From positions 361,336,001-361,400,000 of the forward strand of contig OZ024741.1 in assembly GCA_964016885.1 (NCBI GenBank): 64,000 nucleotides of DNA, read 5' to 3'. The notes under the pieces were generated by a model. That model made no database searches and had not been told where the DNA came from. It worked only from the letters and a program-made list of their open reading frames with translations. This stretch comes from Eledone cirrhosa. Lineage: Eukaryota. A program made the translations under genes and the position numbers. Each line of letters opens with the position of its first letter. Position 1 is the stretch's first letter. Shown here piece after piece: positions 14,933-27,896 of this stretch.

Positions 14933-14976
14933 TACCACTGATGATGTCACAGTTGTGTGATGAAAGAACTTTGATA
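14933..14976 (+). ncRNA. Minimal type I hammerhead ribozyme motif (PLE-type, slightly decayed)
   Basis: tacca-CTGATGA-t-gtcac(agttgt)gtgat-GAAA-gaact-t-tgata; one mismatch in stem I. Confidence 0.6.
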
Positions 14977-15327
14977 GACTATATATATATTTATATCTAT
15001 ATTTTTAACCGTTGGTCAATCAATGATAAACATTGATTGCCAGCTAAATTAACTATAGGGATATAAGATATACAGAAGCGAAAACCAATCCAAACCAAAC
15101 AGTGAGTGTGTTTTATTATTGCTTCTGGCAATATTATAACAATATGACCCTCCCCACACATATATATGTATATATATATATAGAGAGAGAGAGATAAATA
15201 GATAGAGAAAGAGAGAGTATATATCTATATTTATATATACATATACACCCAGGTATTATTCCGAACATGAGAAAAAGTGCTCAATCAAAGTAGAGTTTAA
15301 ATATTCATTTGATGGCTAAATGGTGAG

Positions 15328-15378
15328 TCTCGTTACTCTGGAGTTTCACCTGCACATTCACAGAATCTTCAGACAAGA
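15328..15378 (-). ncRNA. Minimal type I hammerhead motif
   Basis: Minus strand tcttgt-CTGAAGA-ttctgtgaatgtgcaggt-GAAA-ctc(ca)gag-TA-acgaga; stem I tcttgt/acgaga; GUA triplet. Confidence 0.65.
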
Positions 15379-16167
15379 TATAGAATATACATCATCATCA
15401 TCGTTTAACATCTATCTTCTACGCTAGCATGGATTAGTTCTAATTTTCTGTCTGTTTGTGTGTGTCTCTCTCTTTATATATAAATATATATAAAGAGAAA
15501 GACACACACAAACAGACAGAAAATTAGAACTGAAAACATGAAGAGCCAGATCAGATATTGCAAAGCTCTAGCAATTCTATCAACTACTTCTTAACAGATA
15601 CTTTATTTATCAACTGTGAATGTATGAAATGCCAAGTTAGCCTCAGTGGAATTTAACCCTTTAGGATTTACATGACTCTATATATACTATTGTATTTTTG
15701 CAGTAAACTATCTCACATTATATTAAACCTATGAAATTTTGATATTATTTAAGCTGAGAATAGTACCTTAACATAAGTATGAACAGCCAGTTACAGCTGG
15801 TTTGAACAGAAAGAGGAGAGAGAATTCTGGCCAGATACAGTCGGTTTAAATGTTAAAGATTAAACTAGGAGTTCAGAAAGCTAGAACTATTAGCACAAAG
15901 CTGTAATAACTTTGCCATCATTACATATAGAAATTATGATTAGACCTTTCATTACAAAATTTCTTATTAAATACACTCTAGTAATATAACTAACTTACTC
16001 AGTTTTTATCTAATGTTTGGAACATAACTTAATAAAGGTTCTTAAATAAAATCATTATGGAATATAAACACTTTAAAACAAATAATTATATATCATAGAA
16101 ATAGGCGTAGTTTCAAGTAGTTTGGTTTAAAAAGGGTTAATGAGCTTTTAATAATTTCTTCTTCTAG

Positions 16168-16382
16168 CTTAATGATGATTCAACGTCAGGTATACAAGAT
16201 ATGAAGTTTTTCAAGTTCAATCCTTCATGTGGTAAATCTACTTCCTTCATCAACATGCGTGAGATATGTGGCCGACATAAGCTTGAACCAGGCAATTACT
16301 TAATTGTACCATCTACATTCGAACCAAACCATGAAGGCGAATTCCTAGTAAGAGTCTTTACTGAAAAGGCATCATCAGGAGG
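16168..16382 (+). CDS. Calpain exon, domain III (…FINMREICGRHKLEPGNYLIVPSTFEPNHEGEFLVRVFTEK)
   Basis: ttctAG acceptor and GTATGT donor; PGxYxIVPSTFEP and FxxRVFTEK motifs. Confidence 0.95.
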
Positions 16383-16641
16383 GTATGTATTCTATATATA
16401 TATTTATTCTATCTTTGCTCATTTTCTACTGTCTTTCAAATCTGTATTTATATTTTGTCTTTCTTTTATAATATCTTTTATACTTTTGTAACCTTTACAA
16501 GTAAGTTACTGTTATTAAATTTAAATATATATATATGTGTGTGTATTTATATATATACACACATATATATATATATATATATGTCTAACCTATGCAAGCA
16601 TGGAAAAGCAGATGTAAAAACAGTAATGATGATGATGATGA

Positions 16642-16707
<66 letters not shown>

Positions 16708-17334
16708 TCATCATCATCATCATCATTACTATTTTTACATCCACTTCCTCATGATTTCTCCTGAATGAAACAGTTCTAGTCCTGTAGAAGCCATTTCTAT
16801 ATTAAATATATATATATATATTAGGTATTAAATTAACAATGAAAATAAAAACAACCAAGTCAAGTTACTTTACCTATTCATATCATTGTTTTACGATCGT
16901 TTCGGAGGGTCGATCATATTGGTCGATCTATAGCAGTTATATTAATTTAATTAACTCAGCGAAACACAGAACTTCTATATGGATTTCACTGGATAACTCG
17001 CCATCAGATTACATTGAGTTCTATCTATGGTGCGGACCCTACCACCAGAGGTAGACCACACTGAAAATATATATATATATATATATTGCCATTTCGACAG
17101 CAGAGTCCAGACTTGGAAATTTGCAGTCAAAATAGCAAGAGCTCAGCTGTCAGGTCCTGACTCTCTAATATATGTGTGTGTTTATTAGGCTGCAAATGAT
17201 GTCTGCTCTTAATGTGTGTATGCATTATTACTATGAATAATATGTATGTTATATGTATTTTATGAGTAATGTGTGTGTGTGTCAATCAGTGTGTGAAATC
17301 TTCCATTTATTTGTTGTCTTCTTCACCTTTTCAG

Positions 17335-17371
17335 TATGATGGATGAAGAAACAGGATTTGATGAAAACCAG
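17335..17371 (+). CDS. Calpain short linker exon (G-MMDEETGFDENQ)
   Basis: Polypyrimidine tract, ttttcAG acceptor and GTAACA donor; 37 nt in phase 2/0, which is what the frame requires. Confidence 0.85.
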
Positions 17372-19067
17372 GTAACAATTAAAGTTTACCATCTTTAAAT
17401 TCCTTCATTTAGTTAAGAATCAAAAGTAGTTCTAATTAATTGACATTTTGACAAAATGACATCAACACATTTAACCCCTGCAGTGCCATAGACGACATAA
17501 CTCGTCCTAACATGTATGCATTCCAGTGCCACGGATGAGATAACTCATCCTAACATGTTTTCCAACAGTTCCTAACTTCAAAGTTATGAACTCGTTTCCA
17601 ACAGTTCATAACTTCAAAGCTAGATGGAGTTACTAGTTTATTGATGTAATGTTTGTCAATCATTCAGACATGTGTTGTTAATAAATGTTTGTTTAAAAAA
17701 TAGTAATTTTATTGAAAAAAACCAGCACAGCAACTGTAGCTGTATAAAATATATGCAACAGTCAACAGGTTAAAAGTCTTTAGAATTAGCCACAACTTCC
17801 TGTGTAATGACAACACAAATATATCTGAGATAGACAGAAATGAAATGTTGATGTTTGTGATGTTTGATTGGGGCTCACTGAGCCAGATACCCATCTATAT
17901 TAATGCAGTTGCTGCCTCTCTACATTAATCCTTTCAATTCCAAACCACCTGGATTATTCTTTTAATTATTTGAAAATCATAGGCTGTGTCATTCACTAGA
18001 AATATGATAATGAATGGGTTAAATCCATTGATACTAAACTGCCTGAAACCACACTTGGTTTCACATCACATAACTGTTGGTTTTAAATGGTTTATATAAA
18101 ATACTTTGTTCAGTTGTGCTCCAAACACTAATTTAATGAAAATGTTAAGTTTTTACTAAATTCCTCCAAATTCTTGATTATTTTCAAAATGATGTAAAAG
18201 TTATAGACAGTGTATTTCATTATAAATATGGTAATAAAAGGGAATGGAGACATTTCTATGAGCAAACTAGGCAACCACTTCCAAGCTAACAAGGGGGCCA
18301 CTAAAAAGTCACTGATCTTGCTAGACAGAGCAGCCACATCTCCCTTATATCATACCCTGTGGTGTGCTCCAATAATCTAGCTGCTAAGAAATTTGGTTGG
18401 CTGGCTGGCTGGTTGGTTGGTTGGTTAGAGAGTCAAAGTCTTTGTAGTCAGTCTTCTATGGTAATTGGGTATCCATGTTAAGCTTAGCAACAATATGGTG
18501 CTAGCAAGGGAGCTCACTAGAACCCGGTTGACTAAGGAGGATTGCTTCAGCCCAGGGTTGAAACTTAGCAGGCAAAAGATCTTGTGTTGTGTCAAGCAGT
18601 AACGAGATCACAGTTGTGAATAGTTATCAGTTAACAGCCCATTTGATACAATTAAGCTCCAATCTAACCTTTTAAATAAGGCTGCACCCCAGCATGGTTG
18701 CAGTGTAATGAGTGAAATCAGTAAAAGAGTACCATCTGAAGAAAGGATACATTGGATAATGTAATCCTTTATATACTATGTCTGGAAAGAAATAACAGGT
18801 TGGTGATGGCTGGATTGTATTTACTCGCAGGTCTGCTTGATCTGGGCCAACCAATAACATTAGGTGGTCAAAGTAATCTACAACTGAACATCCAAGTCAA
18901 GAGGGGAGGGCTTCACACTCTGTCATGCATACTCAATCTGTTTATGCCTAAACCATCCTTTGAGAGTCCAGTTCACCTCACTCTTATCCAAACGACATCC
19001 CTCAATCATATCAATAAAGTGAATATTTCAATCTTTTTCATTTTTATTATTATTACTAGTGGTAGGG

Positions 19068-19434
19068 CAATATTGGAAGAGTGTCAGATAACTTGCTGTG
19101 TGGCATATAGTTATGACCCTTTATGATCTGAGTTCAAATCCCGCCAAGGTTAACTTTGCCTTTCATCCTTACAGGGTCAATAAAATAAAGCACCAGTAAT
19201 GCACTGGAATAATTGTTGGCTTTGTGGATTGGCAGTATTGGTAGAGCATTGGACAACATGCTTTGTGGCATATAGTTATACCCCTTTAACATCTGAGTTC
19301 AAATCTTGCCAAGGTTTGCTTTGTCTTTCATCCTTACGGGGTTGATAAAATAAAGTACCAGTAATGTACTAGGGTCGATTTAATCGACTTTCTCTTTACC
19401 CCAAAATTGCTGGCCTTGTGCCTAAATCAGAAAC

Positions 19435-19482
<48 letters not shown>

Positions 19483-19680
19483 CAATGTTAGAAATCAGGC
19501 GGTGGTTGGGCAGTATCAGTAGGGCATCAGACACCATGCTTTGCAGCATAGAGTTATGGCCATTTACGTTCCGAGTTAACTTTGCCTTTCATCCTTACGG
19601 GGTTTGATAAAATAAAGCACCAGTAGTGCACTGGGATAATTGCTGGCCTTGTGCCAAAAGTAGAAACAATTATTATTAAT
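19068..19680 (+). mobile_element. Tandem cluster of the same SINE family
   Basis: Three successive copies of the B-box/central domain; (TTA)n tail. Confidence 0.7.
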
Positions 19681-20371
19681 GTTAGAAAGGGTTATAAAAA
19701 TTAATACTTATTTTCAAAAATTATAATTAAACGTTTTCGCTGTTAAAATAAAACAACTTTTGGTTCAAAAATTCAAAATATAATTTTCTTCTTTTAAAGT
19801 TTGCCAAGATCTATTTTCACAGTACACTTAAAACTATTCTTCTCTTATGTCGGAACCATATATTTTTTACATATATTGATCAAACACCTATGTTTATTAT
19901 TTCATTCATAACTCTATTCTTTATATTTTTATATAATCCATTTACCATAGTTTTATATAGTTGCTAGTACTAAATCTTTATGTAGTCTTTAGAACTAGAT
20001 CTTTATTTAATCAAGATTTCTAAATTATTGTGTAATCAGAAGTACCAAATCTTTGTGTAATCGGGAGTACCAAATCTTTGTGTACTCAAGAGTACCAAAT
20101 CTTTGTGTAATCAGGAGTACCTAATTTTTATGTAATCAGGAGTACCAAATTTTTTTGTTGCTCCCCTATATATTTTCTTATACTTTACTATATTAATTTT
20201 TAAATTAGAATTTTAGCCATTTCCTTTTGTTTTTGTGTATATCTTATTTTACATTTTTCAATTATATATATGTGTACATATATATATATATTCACACACA
20301 CACATATATATATTCACATACACACACACATATATATATACACACACACGCACATATATATATATATATAT

Positions 20372-20729
20372 ATATACAATATATTAATAAATGGAAACTA
20401 TATTTATAAAACCATAATTATTTTATTATATATATTTCAAGGGCGACCAAGGTAAATTATGGAGCGCTTTCATCAGATAAAATACAGATTTGTTTTATAA
20501 ATAAATATTGACACACCCGGAAAAAAGACAACCTCAACGGTTGAAATTCGCGAATTTCAACCGTTGAGGTTGTCTTTTTTCCAGGTGTGTCAATATTTAT
20601 TTATAAAACAAATCTGTATTTTATCTGATGAAAGCGCTCCATAATTTACCTTGGTCGCCCTTGAAATATATATAATAAAATAATTATGGTTTTATAAATA
20701 TAGTTTCCATTTATTAATATATTGTATAT
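20372..20729. repeat. ~358-bp near-perfect palindrome with no spacer
   Basis: Centre ttgaaattcg|cgaatttcaa at 20550/20551; one visible mismatch. Confidence 0.95.
20617..20682 (+). ncRNA. Minimal hammerhead motif in right arm of palindrome (mirror copy 20419-20484 on - strand)
   Basis: tattttat-CTGATGA-aag...ctt-GAA-atatatat-A-ataaaata; 8-bp stem I; palindromic stem III. Confidence 0.7.
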
Positions 20730-20814
20730 TTACTCCACGAAACTGTTGAGTGCTTTATATCAGTTATAAAAATGTTTAAGCTTGTTGAATCCCAACAAAT
20801 TAAATATAACCTCT

Positions 20815-20857
<43 letters not shown>

Positions 20858-23800
20858 CATATATATATATGCACACATATATATATATATATGCACATAT
20901 ATATATATACACATATATATATATATTTATATATATATATATATATCAAGTATATTAAGTATATCAAGTATATCCATAATGGATATATTTGCTGGTTTAC
21001 ATATATATATTCTTTTTGTCACAAGATGGAAATGATAAATATCTGTCGTCTTCAAGCTCAACCCTGCCATAGCTCCCCTTCCAAGGGAGGCTCTTTTGTG
21101 ACAGAGAGAGCTACATCTAGACACGAGACTGTTGCTTTCCAATCAATAGTACCAACTCATGTTGCACGAGCTGCAGCTGTGCCACCGAAGGTAGTGACTG
21201 GAGTGTGAGCCACACCCAAAAGCATGGAGTTACACAAAAACTTCACTGGTTTCTGCATGATTTCTGATTCACAAATTCACCTTTTCAACCCACCAAATCC
21301 TATCCTATTTGATAAATTTTATTTTATTTTAGAAAATATTTTTGAAGGTAGGGAAATATCTGGGTTGTCTTGTCTGCTGTGTATCGTGTATTTATGTACT
21401 GTACATTATCTTCAATATTTTAACCTTCCATTCCACCTAGCTACTATTTGCTTCTTTGTCCATCATAATGTGTTATCAATGTGCCATTAATATTGGTTTT
21501 ACCAGAGCTGAGTTAAAGCAATAAGGGTCTATGGGCTAGAGAACATTTGGAGCCTACAGCACCTACTCACAAAAAACTTAATGTAAATTAGATGTATCTG
21601 AATGTAGGGCTTGAGATTCCAGCATTGATCTATGCCAATCTCTAAAATAGAGGTAATATTCAAAGAAAAGGAAATGTATTTGATAAAAATTATAATATTT
21701 CAAATTTTGACAAAAAATGTATTTCATAGCTATATTCCAATATATATTGATAGTAGGACAGGGGCCTAGGGCTGCTGCCCACATAGTCTGTATTTAAATC
21801 CAGTTCTTGGTTTTACAAGATCGGCATGTCATGAGAATCTTCATTAAAGATACTCTATATCAATTGTTTAGGGTTACAGATGCACCATCAATGAAATACA
21901 CTACAGGGATTGTATGAAGTCATACATATTTCATGACTGATATATACTATAGGGATTTGTGTATGTCATACATATGTTGTCAATGAAATATACTACTGGG
22001 TTTGTCTGAAGTCACCTTTTATCAAGGGATTGTCTGAAATCACACATATTTTGTTGATGAAATATACTATAGTGGTTGTGTATGTCACACATGTTTTGTC
22101 AATGAAATATGCTACAATGATTGTGTATGTCACATATGTTTTGTCATTGAAATATACTATAGGGGTTATATCAGGTCACACATGATGTTGTCAATGAATT
22201 AGCAGTGACACTGACACAGTATGATTCAGAATAGAGACATGTATGAAAGCATATACAATATGTTTGGGTATAATGATTTCTTTGTATAATAAATATGCAT
22301 AGCCCGATCACAGCAAGACTATATATGTTTATTATACATAAACATATTCTATATTCTTTCATATATGCCTATTTTGAATCACACTGTGTTAGTTACTGTT
22401 AATTAATACTAATCCATCAAGCCCACACTATATACAAATAAGTATCATAAAAATGTATTATTTGTAAAATCTATATATAAGAAGTATTAGTTTCTATACC
22501 TCAGTACCAGGTGAATAAGCTTCACTGACCATATATTAAGAATCCTGAAATACTAGTATTTGATATTCTCTCATGGTTACAGAGGTAGCTGTGATATGAT
22601 CACAGTTTAAAATACTCACAACAAAACTACGCATGTTTATTATACATAAATATTTTGTATATGCTTTCATATACAGCTTTATTGTCAATTAAATATACAA
22701 CAAGGTTATATAAGGTATAACATATATTGTCAATATTGCATAGAATCATACAGATACTGACATTGTAAGATAGTATAGTAGCTGTATATAGTCAGATACT
22801 ACCATTATATTGCCAAGATTTTATAATCTTCAGATATATTTCATCGTTATCATCAGCTGAACACCCTAACCACTGAAACACACTTTCATATTTACAGAGG
22901 AGAGATGCTGTGTTAGACTAGAAATATAATTGCTAGCATCTCATTGTTATGGAACAACATTAATGACATAAAAGAGTCAAATATCTAATTTAGAATTCCA
23001 CATATTGAATTTACTGTCATATCACGACACAATGAATGTCAATGGCCATGTAAGAGAGAATTAGTGTGAGTGTGTGTGTGTGTGTCTGAGTATGTACGTG
23101 TGTGTGTTTTGTGTATCTGTCTATGTGTATCTATGTGTGTGTCTGACTGCATGTCTGTGTGTTTCTCTGTGTGTGAGTCTGTCTGAGTACATGTCTGAGT
23201 ATGTCTGTCTGTCTTTATTTCTGTCTGAGTGTGTGTTTGTATATCTGTATCTGTGTGTGTGTCTGACTACATGTCTATGTGTATCTGTGTGTATCTGTGT
23301 GTGTGTGTGTCTACATGTCTGTGTGTGTCTGTCTATATCTCTGTGACTGTGTGTGTCAGTGTGTTTCTGTGTGTCTGTCTGAGTACATGTCTATGTATGT
23401 ATGTCTGTGTGTGTGGAGGATTATAGGATAATATTTAGTATTTCAGTCACCTTCTTGAAATATTAAACTGAAGTTTGTGTCTGTATTATTGCTGATGTTG
23501 TTGTTGTTGTTGAAATGCAATAGCCAAGTGATCAAAGTACTGCGTTCTTGATACCAATGTCATGAGTTCATGCTGCACACTTGGTGTCATCTTTTATCCT
23601 TGAACAAAATACTTGACTCTACTTGCCACCTAACCACACTGTTTCCAATTAAGAAAACATTTTCATTCTGATTGTAGTTGTTGTTGGTTGTAATCATCAT
23701 CACTGTTGTTGTTTGTTGTTTTTTTATGAGTAGATCTCAATAGACAAACAATATATATGTGTATTCTTAAAGAGATCAGCCCTGTCTTCTTTGAGCATAA

Positions 23801-25004
23801 AGATGGCAAGGCAATAGATTAGCCCTGTTGTCCTCAAATGGTTAATTGATTGATTTTGTATACACCACTGTTTTCTAAACACTGATGTTTAGTGATGATA
23901 GACAGAAGAGGGAGGGCTTTAATTCCCTCACCAAGCTTATACAACACTCAAAATAAATGCTGACCAGTTATGTAGGACTCTAAAGCTGATAATGAGCCCA
24001 ATTTAAATGTAAAATGTCTGTCCCTAAAGCTAACTTAAATATTTTAGTAATCAGTGCTAAATATATATGATTTATATATACATTACAAATATAAATACAT
24101 ATGGCTTATATATGTAATATACATGATATACTTACAAGTAACTGACAGTATATAATAAAAGAAATAAAACTTGAGGTGAGTGATTCCTACTACATAATTG
24201 TAAGCCTATGCCAACTAGTCTATCTGATCCACCCCAAGATTTGGCATACCCTCCACATACACACACATACCTCTACCTACCTTTACCATCAATTTGGAAA
24301 TTTTATTTATATTTAATGTAAACATGCCAGAAAAATTTTTTTTTTCATGTATAGTTGCCAGAGGAACAAGAAATCATTTTACAACTTTATCCCTACTCCT
24401 TTCTTTGTCCTTCAACCTACTTCACAAAATACACCTTTTCACTACAAAGACTTACTACTATTCTTCCCACTTAATATATTTTCAAATACTTTTAACCCAC
24501 ATAGACAATGAATTGCCAACGTCATTAGGACATTGGACCATATGACTTGAGCTTTGTTCCAGCTCACTGGACAATCAGTTCAAATACTGCTGAGGTCAAC
24601 TTTGCCTTTTGTCTTTTGGGGTTGATAAATAAAGTACCAATCCAGGAGTGGTTAACTGCCAGAATTGTTAAAGTGTTGTAGTAAGCTTTACAATGACTGA
24701 TCCAACTCTTTGCATTCCATGTCAAATTCCACCTCCTTCTGCCAGGAGTTACAACCAGATTGGCCAATGGAATCATTGTTTCTTTGGTCTGATCTGATGA
24801 TTGGTGTGTGATAGGTGAGGTGTTTCCTCTGTGCTGTTTGTGTATGCTATGATATTTGTATCAAACTTTAAAATTATGTTGTGTGTTTAATATATTTCAC
24901 AGCTGATTCTGTGTTATTTGTCTTTGCTGTTAAAGTGTTGATGTTGTCGGTATTCATTATACTGTATATGTTTCATAGCTGACATTATGTCAGACAATTT
25001 TCAT

Positions 25005-25420
25005 GTTAACATTGTGTTGAGCATATTTCACATTTAATTTTGTGTTGTGAAGATTTTATATTTAACATTGTGTTGTGCAGATTTCATATTTCACTTTGTG
25101 TTGGGCAGATTTCATAGTTAATTTTATGTTGGGTATATTTCATATGATGTGTTGCGTGGATTTCATACTTTGAGCAAATTTCATATTCTGTATTGGGCAG
25201 ATTTCATACTTTGTTTTGGGCAGAGTTCATACTTTATAATGAGTAGATTTCATACTTTGCAATGGGCAGATTTCATATTTTGTTTAGGCAGTTTTCATAT
25301 TATGTTTAGTCAAATTTCATACTTTGTGTTGGGCAGATTTCATACTTTGTGTTGGGCAGATTTCCTACTTTGTGACAAGCAGATTTCATAATTAAGTTTG
25401 TGTTGTGCAGATTTCAATGG
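25005..25420. repeat. Degenerate 21-28 bp tandem repeat (ttgtgttgggcagatttcatact)
   Basis: Recurrent gcagatttcata motif. Confidence 0.75.
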
Positions 25421-27417
25421 CTTCTTTTAAGTTAATCTTATTTTGATAACCACTTTTGTGTTAAAATAATTTTTATAACTATTGTGTTGGTGGAAGTTTT
25501 TCCTACACATTGCTGTTACGCGTTGTTGTTGTTGTTTTTTTTTGTCTTTTTCCATTCCTTCTAACAAGATTCACTTTCTTTCATGTAAAAAATCACTTTA
25601 TCGGGTATTTATTTAAAAAAGAATAAACACACTGTGTAAAAAAACTGTAACATTTAAATAAAATGATTTCTTCTATAATATATGTATAGTATAGTATATT
25701 TAAAATGTGTACAATGCTGTAACGAACCATAATACTAGCTACAGAAAAATGAAAACTTGAGAGAGCAACTGGCTTTCCCTAAACGTGATGTATTACTCTT
25801 GCTGATTCAGTGAAGGAAAACAAAAATTGCTTCCTCTCTTCCATCTTTTGTCTGAAATCATTACAACCATGGGAATGTTCGAATTTACTCAATTTCTGGA
25901 TATCTGTGTACATCACTGGAGAAGAGAGTATATATATATTATAAAGTGAAATGACAGGAGGCCAAATATATTGAATTTCCTTAATTTTTTTTATTAATGT
26001 AGATAACTATACACATTTCAGTAGCCAGGTTGCGTAAGAACCCAGTGACCTCATCAGGTGTAAATTGCATAATAGATGTATACCAATGGAATGATGGTAA
26101 GCTTTAAGGAAACAAGCAAAGAAAAACAAAGAGGAAAAAGTGTGTACTATGCTTTTGACTCAGAGACAGATGATGTAGCATGCTGCTACATTGCTCACCC
26201 ACCTATATATTTATTTATATATATATATACTACCCTAAGTATTGAGTACTCTGGTGCATTATGGTCCACCTGGTGTCTAACCACACTCTCTTTGTTATAT
26301 ATATATATATATTAAAAACATGACAAGAAAATGTATTAAAAAATGTTATTGTAAAAAAAAAGGGAATGCTTACATCTTCATCATAAAACTTCTACTGATT
26401 TCACTTATTATTAAGATATTCATGTGAAAGAAGAAAATGTACTGAAATATATATATGTAGTGTAAGTTCACCAACAGTCAAAAGCAGTAAAAGCCAGCAC
26501 AAAGAACACTAAAAAATGTTATTAGTTTAATTCTTAAATGAAAAAGAAAATAATGCCTTGAAAAGAATGGCCAATTATTTACTTTGAAAAAATTCAGCTA
26601 CATCTGATTTTTTATTTTAAGAAATATTTTCAAAATACCAATCTATAAAAACATGGAAGAGTTGGTGTAAACCAGTTTTATTTGGTCTTTATTATATTTC
26701 TTTGTGCTTTTCCTTTCCCCGGTATAAATTTCTTCACTGACATTTTTGTTTTGATTTTTTTTTTTATGTTTTTTTTATGGGTTTTTTTTTTGCCACTTTG
26801 ATGTGAACTTTCCTTTCTAAATATCTCATAAAATTTTATTTCTGGGGGAAAATAAAAATGTAAGTAAATATATATTTTGCATGATTTTGAAATCAATCTA
26901 CTCCTGTACTTATCAATGAAATTTTGGTTTATACTTTACAACTATTTTACTTTTATTTTTTTTAACACTAAAAAGAATATTTTCCCATTATTGAATCTCA
27001 GTTTTGCTATAATAATTTGAATATATCAACTTACATTATATTTAAATATCTAAATTATATATTCAATGGGTTTAGTTTCAAATCCTATATAAAACAATTA
27101 TATTGGGGTATTTATAATAATTTTTCCTGTGTTTAATCAATTACCTTTTCACAATGCTATCTCTTCTTAATTATCAAATAGATGATTAAAATTATTTTAA
27201 ATCTTTTTTTATTTATCCTTCCATATTTTTAATCTTTTAATCTTATTGGAAAAATCCCTTTAGGTTATCTTTTATTTGGGATGGAATTTTGGATTTTATT
27301 AACTTTAACCTTTTTGATACCAAACTGCCTAAAACCATTCTCAATCTAAGCTGTTTTTTATTAAATGTTTATATCTATCTAAAATATTTCATCATAATTT
27401 TTTGTAAGAATCTTTAA

Positions 27418-27626
27418 CCCTTTAGCATTTAAACTGGCCGTATTCAGCCAGAATTATGTCACCTCTTTCTATGCAAACATACCAGCCACTCATACTGATG
27501 TTAAAGTATTGTTCTCAAAATAAATAATATCAAAATCTCGAAGATTCAATATTATGTGAGATAATTATGTGAGGTAAAGCCTTTACTGTGAAAATACAAT
27601 AGTATTTATAGAGTAATGTAAAAGGG
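27418..27626. mobile_element. TTAA-flanked piggyBac-like MITE nested in a second TTAA-type MITE (~27306-27770)
   Basis: TTAA-CCCTTT...AAAGGG-TTAA; related copy near 11372-11600; the host family recurs at about 15.9-16.1, 32.2, 34.7, 44.2, 50.1, 53.5 and 56.2 kb. Confidence 0.65.
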
Positions 27627-27866
27627 TTAAGTTATTCTCCAAACAGCAGCTTAATGATTAGAATTATATCACTAAATGCCTCCAAATTATTGATTGTTTC
27701 CAAATTTTCAAAATGATTTAAAAATCATAAGCAGTGTGTTTCATTAGAAATATTGTAACAAAAGGGTTAGTGCCAAAATTGGGTAAGGAAATTTAAGGGT
27801 TTTTTTTTAGTTGTTAATAACATTTCTTTTTCCATTTTTTTTCTCAACTGGGGATTCTGTTTCTAG

Positions 27867-27896
27867 AAAGCCCAACCAGGAGCTGCTGGTAATGTG
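27867..27896 (+). CDS. Candidate 30-nt cassette microexon in calpain linker (KAQPGAAGNV)
   Basis: Upstream T-rich tract, ttctAG acceptor, perfect GTAAGT donor; phase 0/0 and open in frame. Confidence 0.65.

Noticed and set aside
20442-20451. Possible microexon aag|GGCGACCAAG|gtaaat
   Set aside because: 10 nt would shift the frame, and it lies within the palindromic element
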